Assembly: GCA_024404275.1 (NCBI GenBank)
Contig: JAKSQG010000020.1
Location: 1-18,539, forward strand
Reading direction: 5' to 3'
Length of the DNA stretch: 18,539 bases
Origin: Clostridia bacterium
GTDB taxonomy: Bacteria > Bacillota > Clostridia > Christensenellales > Aristaeellaceae
The translations under genes and the position numbers were made by a program. The notes under the pieces were generated by a model. That model searched no databases, had not been told where the DNA came from, and saw nothing but the letters and a program-made list of their open reading frames with translations. Positions 14,699-18,539 of this stretch are shown in pieces (position 1 is the stretch's first letter; each line of letters opens with the position of its first letter).

Positions 14699-15579
14699 AT
14701 TCTCACACGGTCATAGATCTCCGGCGGCAGGTTTCGAATCAGGCGGATGACCGATTTCAGTTCCGGCTTCGGGTTATTTTTCAGCCAAGCGATGCCAATG
14801 TTCACCTGTCGGTGGAAGCAAAGCGGTCTGTAGACCAGACCTTTGAGGATCAGCAGGGGAATATTGGTAATCAATACACCTTTCCCCTGCACGATATCGG
14901 GACAGATCTGCTGATAAGGCCTTTCTTCCGGATACAGTGTCAGCTGATGCATGGCCACATATGCTTCAAAATCCTGCCGGAATCCGGTATTGTCGACATA
15001 GGGAAATATCACCGTGTCCTTCAGTTGTTCCGGGGTAATCTCTTTTTCCTGCGCCAATCGTGTGTTTTCGCCGGTGCATACATAGATGGTGCCTTCCCTC
15101 AGATTCGCGCTTCCAATGCGGGGATCCTGCAGCTCTTTATGGCCGACATCGCAGAAGACAATATCCATCCTCCCGCTCAGCAGCAGTTGTTTGTCATCAC
15201 TTTCCGGTGGAATCAGGGCGGAGACACGATTATCAGCCTCCGCCATGATGGCCATATAAGCCTTGCAATTCCCCTGCAGCATATTATCCGGGAAGCCGAT
15301 CACCACGAGGCCCTGGCGTTCCGCAAACGTTCTCATGGCCTTTTTTGCATCCATATGGGCTTTGAGTATCTTCTTTGCTTCCGGCATAAAAGCTCTGCCC
15401 GCCTCTGTCAGCAGCGCACGGTTGGCCGTTCGTTCAAAAAGGGCAATGCCAAGATCCTCTTCCAGTTTTTTCAGTCTGTGCGTCACTGCCGGCTGGGAAA
15501 TAAACAGTTTTTCCGCTGCGGCATTGATGCCGCCAAATTCCACCGTCGCCGTAAAAGCTTCCAGCTGTTCCGTTGTCAT
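14695..15579 (-). CDS. LysR family transcriptional regulator
   Basis: 294 aa. N-terminal HTH is LEAFTATVEFGGINAAAEKLFISQPAVTHRLKKLEEDLGIALFER, followed by a substrate-binding-fold C-terminus. RBS GAGGTGA. Confidence 0.93.
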   Translation of the reverse strand: MTTEQLEAFTATVEFGGINAAAEKLFISQPAVTHRLKKLEEDLGIALFERTANRALLTEAGRAFMPEAKKILKAHMDAKKAMRTFAERQGLVVIGFPDNMLQGNCKAYMAIMAEADNRVSALIPPESDDKQLLLSGRMDIVFCDVGHKELQDPRIGSANLREGTIYVCTGENTRLAQEKEITPEQLKDTVIFPYVDNTGFRQDFEAYVAMHQLTLYPEERPYQQICPDIVQGKGVLITNIPLLILKGLVYRPLCFHRQVNIGIAWLKNNPKPELKSVIRLIRNLPPEIYDRVRM

Positions 15580-15596
15580 CAGCTCACCTCTGATTC

Positions 15597-15623
15597 ATTA
15601 TACCATAAATTTTGTTTATGGTA
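15597..15623. promoter_or_regulatory. LTTR-type dyad (T-N11-A containing) overlapping the extended -10 of the LysR gene promoter
   Basis: A perfect 9-bp inverted repeat: TACCATAAA (15601-15609), 5 nt, TTTATGGTA (15615-15623). The minus strand reads TGGTATAAT (15605-15597), an extended -10 about 18 nt before the LysR ATG. Confidence 0.55.
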
Positions 15624-15640
15624 GCATCAAGCTGTTCAAT

Positions 15641-15669
15641 TTGCTTCTTTTTTCTGTCCGTTTTATGAT
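15641..15669 (+). promoter_or_regulatory. candidate promoter of the secreted-protein gene
   Basis: TTGCTT (15641-15646), a 17-nt spacer, then TATGAT (15664-15669). The dyad centre at about 15612 lies roughly 60-65 bp upstream of the predicted start site. Confidence 0.45.
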
Positions 15670-15713
15670 AGAAAATGAGCCGGATGGCTTAATATTTTAT
15701 TCGGAGGATGTTT

Positions 15714-16358
15714 ATGAAAAAGCTCCTTTCCATCGTTCTCGTGCTGATGCTCCTGTCCCTGTCCGCCGTTTCCCTGGCTGAAACCGTGGACGCCTACACC
15801 AGTGCCTCGCTGACCAAGTCCTATGTTGAGGGCGATGCTGCCGCCGCGCTGGCTCAGATTCTGGAAAACAGCGGCTCGGATATCGCCACTGCCGCCCAGG
15901 CTGCCGCTCCCGATTATGTTCGCGAGTATGGCAAGCATGTGCTCATCATGTCCGTCAATCCCGATGGCTGCCCCGGCATGTCCACCATTGGCTACTGGCG
16001 TTACTGCAATAACCGTGCCGGCGGCCGCGCTGTGACCATTACCGCCGGTGACTGGCAGTTCAACAGCCGCGGCGAAGGTGCCGACCAGCTGGTTGCCCAG
16101 CTGACCGAAGGTCAGAACGCCCTGAACCTTTACAATGCGGGCATTGGTGCCGGTTCCACGGTTGTTATCTCTCTTGATGATGGTGTGTACATGATCCATC
16201 TGCGTGTGGCCGATATCTTTGTTCAGAAGTTTGACGCTGCCGCCTACGAAGCCGGCGAGTTCGCCAAAGGCTACTCCGGCGCCGACCGTCAGGCCAGCTC
16301 CTTCTACTTCGTCTTCGATGTGCTCAGCATCGAAAAATCCAATCAGATCATGCTGTAA
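15714..16358 (+). CDS. secreted protein of unknown function (Sec signal peptide, no lipobox)
   Basis: RBS GGAGG lies 6 nt before ATG 15714. The signal peptide is MKKLLSIVLVLMLLSLSAVSLA/ETV. The gene has its own promoter and terminator. I recognise no family for it. The mature N-terminus carries VDAYTSASLT. Confidence 0.7.
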   Translation: MKKLLSIVLVLMLLSLSAVSLAETVDAYTSASLTKSYVEGDAAAALAQILENSGSDIATAAQAAAPDYVREYGKHVLIMSVNPDGCPGMSTIGYWRYCNNRAGGRAVTITAGDWQFNSRGEGADQLVAQLTEGQNALNLYNAGIGAGSTVVISLDDGVYMIHLRVADIFVQKFDAAAYEAGEFAKGYSGADRQASSFYFVFDVLSIEKSNQIML

Positions 16359-16367
16359 TTCTCCCGC

Positions 16368-16398
16368 AAAAAAGGACTGCCGAAAGGCAGTCCTTTTT
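16368..16398. terminator. bidirectional intrinsic terminator (convergent genes)
   Basis: AAAAAA-GGACTGCC (16374-16381), GAAA loop, GGCAGTCC (16386-16393), then TTTTT. Confidence 0.85.
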
Positions 16399-16410
16399 GA
16401 TTGTTCAGTA

Positions 16411-17637
16411 TTATTCTGCGACCGTCTGCGCTTTCAGCTCAGCCAGCGCGTCGGTGTCGCACACCATTTCCACCTTCTCAGCCCAGGCACCCATCTGAGC
16501 GGAATAGGCATTGTTGGCAGCGTTGCCGATCAGGTATTCCTCGATCTCAGCATGAATATCATCGGTCATGATCAGGCCGCCGGGAATGTCCCGCAGATAA
16601 TAGACCACATAGATGCCATAATCGCCCACGCTCGGGTTGCTCCAGTCGCCGGGCTGGTTCATGCGCTCATCAAACGCAGCAGCGATGAATTGCGGGTCGT
16701 AGATGATGCTCTCACGGTGAACGGCGTAGCCTTCAGCCAGGTTGGTCTCATCTTCCATGCCGGGATCGATGTTGTATTCCTTGATCAGTTCCAGCCAGCT
16801 GCCGCCGTTTGCCATCGTGGTGTTGATCGCGTCGATGGCCTCCTGACGGGACGCAACGCAGGCCGCAGCCGCGGCATCCACCGCTGCTTTGTTCGCTTCG
16901 GTAGCTTCGGTTTCATAAGCCTCAGCAGCCTCTGCGTAAGCATTCAGCAGGCTTTCATCCACCTCAAGCAGAATCTGCAGCACACCGCGATAACCCTCGG
17001 GCATATACCAGCTTTCATAGCCATAGTACTGGGTATAGAACTCATGCATGCCCACATCTGCATACATCGCCGCATACTGAGCACCAACCTCATTGAAAAC
17101 GGCCTGAATCTCGTCCTCGGTGGGCACATAGCCGCCCGTCATATCGGCGTCCAGCTTTTCCCAAGCTGCCTGCATCTTCAGGTTTTCCAGAAGACCGGCT
17201 TCGCTATAGCCGTTGCTTTCGTAGTATGCCGCAGCCTGTTCACGAAGCACGGCACGAGCTTCCGCGGTATCCTCGGACAGATAATACTCCACATAACTGT
17301 TCAGGGCATCTTCCCATTCCCGGGCAGCTTCGTTGGCGAAAGCAGCTTCTTCTTCAGCCGTAAAGTTGAGATAGCCGGCATCCACCAGATGGCTTTCAAT
17401 CACGCCCTGTTCATAAAGATACTCAATCGTATAATCGTAATCGGGATAGGTCTCGACATAGCCGTAGTTGTACAGCTGATAAGCCATATTGTCCAGATAA
17501 TCCGCACTGTATTCCTTACCATTGACCGTCAGAATGATGCGGCTCATGTCAAAGGTGTTTTCTGCCAGTGCCACACCGGCGGACAGCAGCATCATCAGCG
17601 CCACCAGCAGCGCCAGGGTACGTTTCAACAGATTCAT
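16411..17637 (-). CDS. secreted PrsA/SurA-like foldase (SurA-N-like region plus a parvulin-type PPIase-like domain)
   Basis: The signal peptide is MNLLKRTLALLVALMMLLSAGVALA/EN. The ILTVNGKEYSADYL segment resembles the SurA N-terminal region. The C-terminal region YRGVLQILL...GGSWLELIKEYNIDPG...DPQFIAAAF...PGDWSNPSVGDYGIYVVYY aligns by eye with the parvulin fold. The start is placed at ATG 17637; the track start at 17640 is a TTG. Confidence 0.7.
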   Translation of the reverse strand: MNLLKRTLALLVALMMLLSAGVALAENTFDMSRIILTVNGKEYSADYLDNMAYQLYNYGYVETYPDYDYTIEYLYEQGVIESHLVDAGYLNFTAEEEAAFANEAAREWEDALNSYVEYYLSEDTAEARAVLREQAAAYYESNGYSEAGLLENLKMQAAWEKLDADMTGGYVPTEDEIQAVFNEVGAQYAAMYADVGMHEFYTQYYGYESWYMPEGYRGVLQILLEVDESLLNAYAEAAEAYETEATEANKAAVDAAAAACVASRQEAIDAINTTMANGGSWLELIKEYNIDPGMEDETNLAEGYAVHRESIIYDPQFIAAAFDERMNQPGDWSNPSVGDYGIYVVYYLRDIPGGLIMTDDIHAEIEEYLIGNAANNAYSAQMGAWAEKVEMVCDTDALAELKAQTVAE

Positions 17638-17672
17638 CAAAAGTTCCTTCCTTTCAAGTGGTTGTTGATTGT

Positions 17673-17701
17673 ATTATCGCACATTCGCGGTTGCTCCGCA
17701 A
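17673..17701 (-). promoter_or_regulatory. candidate promoter for the PrsA-like gene
   Basis: The minus strand reads TTGCGG (17701-17696), a 17-nt spacer ending in TGC, then GATAAT (17678-17673). Confidence 0.5.
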
Positions 17702-17791
17702 GAACTTTGGGTAAAATGTTACACTCCGTCCATATTTGGGCAGTGCTGAAGATTGCAATCAAACCGTTCTTCCGTTATAATAAGAATGGAT

Positions 17792-18232
17792 TTATATCCG
17801 CCGGGATTGGAAAAACGCTGTCAGCATCGCACTGCATTCCGCTTCCATCACGCCGCCAATGCAGCGCACCCGATGATAAAACGCGCTGTCCTGCGGCAGG
17901 TGATAGACGCTTCCGCAGCAGCCCTGTCGGGCATCCCACGCGCCAAACACGCATGCTTCCAGCTCTGCCATCATCATGGCTCCCGCGCACATGGGGCAAG
18001 GCTCCAGTGTCACGTACATCGTGCAGCCGTGAAGCCGACGCACCTGAAGCACTTCGCAGGCGCGCTGCATGGCCAGCATTTCCGCGTGTGCAAAGGGAGC
18101 ATTGTTTTTCTCCCGCTCATTGCGCGCGGAAGCAATGATTTTTCCGTCTTTGACAATTACGGCACCCACGGGGACATCTTCCCGGCAGGCGGCAGCCATT
18201 TTGAGGGCTTCTGCCATCCATTTTTCTTCCAT
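17792..18232 (-). CDS. tadA: tRNA adenosine(34) deaminase
   Basis: 146 aa. Contains the CDA-fold zinc motifs HAEMLAM and LEPCPMCAGAM, with the typical N-terminus WMAEALKMA. Confidence 0.95.
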   Translation of the reverse strand: MEEKWMAEALKMAAACREDVPVGAVIVKDGKIIASARNEREKNNAPFAHAEMLAMQRACEVLQVRRLHGCTMYVTLEPCPMCAGAMMMAELEACVFGAWDARQGCCGSVYHLPQDSAFYHRVRCIGGVMEAECSAMLTAFFQSRRI

Positions 18233-18296
18233 CTTCGATTCATTCCTTTCACCCTATGATAACATGCCAAACTCAAAAGAACAAGGAGACATTCCC

Positions 18297-18539
18297 ATGA
18301 ACGACGTTATGAGCATCATTTCTTCCCGCCGCAGTCATCGTGCCTACAAACCCGACGCCGTCACTCCCGAGCAGCTGCAGACGTTGATTGACGCTTTCCT
18401 GGCTTCCCCTTCCGCCGTCAACAAGCAGCCCTGGCATCTTTCTGTGGTTACCAATCAGCAGCTGCTGGATGAGATGCACGCTGAGATGATCGCCAACATG
18501 ATGAAGGCCGCCCCCGAAAGCCGCAGCCCCCGTCTGGCT
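18297..18539 (+). CDS. nitroreductase family protein, N-terminal 81 codons (runs off the right edge)
   Basis: RBS AAGGAGA lies before ATG 18297. Hand translation gives MNDVMSIISSRRSHRAYKPDAVTPEQLQTLIDAFLASPSAVNKQPWHLSVV, which has the RRS.R and N.QPW nitroreductase signatures. It is absent from the track because there is no stop in the window. Confidence 0.8.
   Translation, partial: MNDVMSIISSRRSHRAYKPDAVTPEQLQTLIDAFLASPSAVNKQPWHLSVVTNQQLLDEMHAEMIANMMKAAPESRSPRLA

Noticed and set aside
2924-16199. Other long ORFs in the track: 2924-3769(+), 3815-4507(-), 4640-5182(-), 5724-6437(-), 6256-7026(-), 9911-11275(-), 11786-12619(+), 12762-13832(+), 13922-14716(+), 14812-15624(+), 15663-16199(-)
   Set aside because: Each lies antisense to, or out of frame within, a gene that has clear family motifs. 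None has a convincing RBS, promoter or recognisable domain. They are typical high-GC shadow ORFs.
17641-17791. Looked for an SRP (4.5S/scRNA) gene, which often follows tadA in Firmicutes
   Set aside because: The 151-nt spacer contains no SRP domain IV-like symmetric or asymmetric loop helix. A promoter (TTGCGG-17 nt-GATAAT) and the RBS for the PrsA-like gene account for it.
16204-18138. 644-aa plus-strand ORF spanning two genes and an intergenic region
   Set aside because: It is antisense to the PrsA-like gene and tadA. It has no RBS and low-complexity composition (HQRHQQRQG and similar). The opposite-strand genes have a signal peptide, RBSs and CDA zinc motifs.

Overview
High-GC Firmicutes/Clostridia-like chromosomal core region; the taxon is inferred only from the protein sequences and the RBS/promoter style. 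I support 20 protein-coding genes in nine transcription units. (1) rpoB, 5' part, minus strand, with its own promoter. (2) deoD-DUF523, minus. (3) A class-C-type serine hydrolase, plus. (4) GDPD-greA-lysS, plus. (5) tfoX-N-like, glycosylasparaginase-like, dus and an HD-domain gene, plus. (6) LysR-GntR-GldA-like dehydrogenase-lrgA-lrgB, minus. (7) A secreted protein of unknown function, plus. (8) tadA and a PrsA/SurA-like foldase, minus. (9) A nitroreductase, 5' part, plus. I found no rRNA, tRNA, CRISPR array, transposase, integrase, or recognisable phage or defence module. Many long ORFs in the track are codon-aligned antisense shadows of real genes and are rejected. The most unusual observation concerns TAG. 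The only two TAG codons that fall in a gene's reading frame (5336-5338 and 11375-11377) both sit where the protein family clearly continues. All 18 gene ends in the window are TGA (12) or TAA (6). This fits either UAG suppression/reassignment or two independent amber pseudogenes, and the window alone cannot decide. Secondary points: LysRS carries a C-terminal Trbp111/EMAPII-like tRNA-binding domain. A GntR(FadR-type)/GldA-like/LrgAB unit looks like an organic-acid uptake and redox module. A textbook LTTR dyad lies between the LysR gene and a divergent secreted protein that has a flavinylation-like motif. rpoB is detached from any rplJL context.
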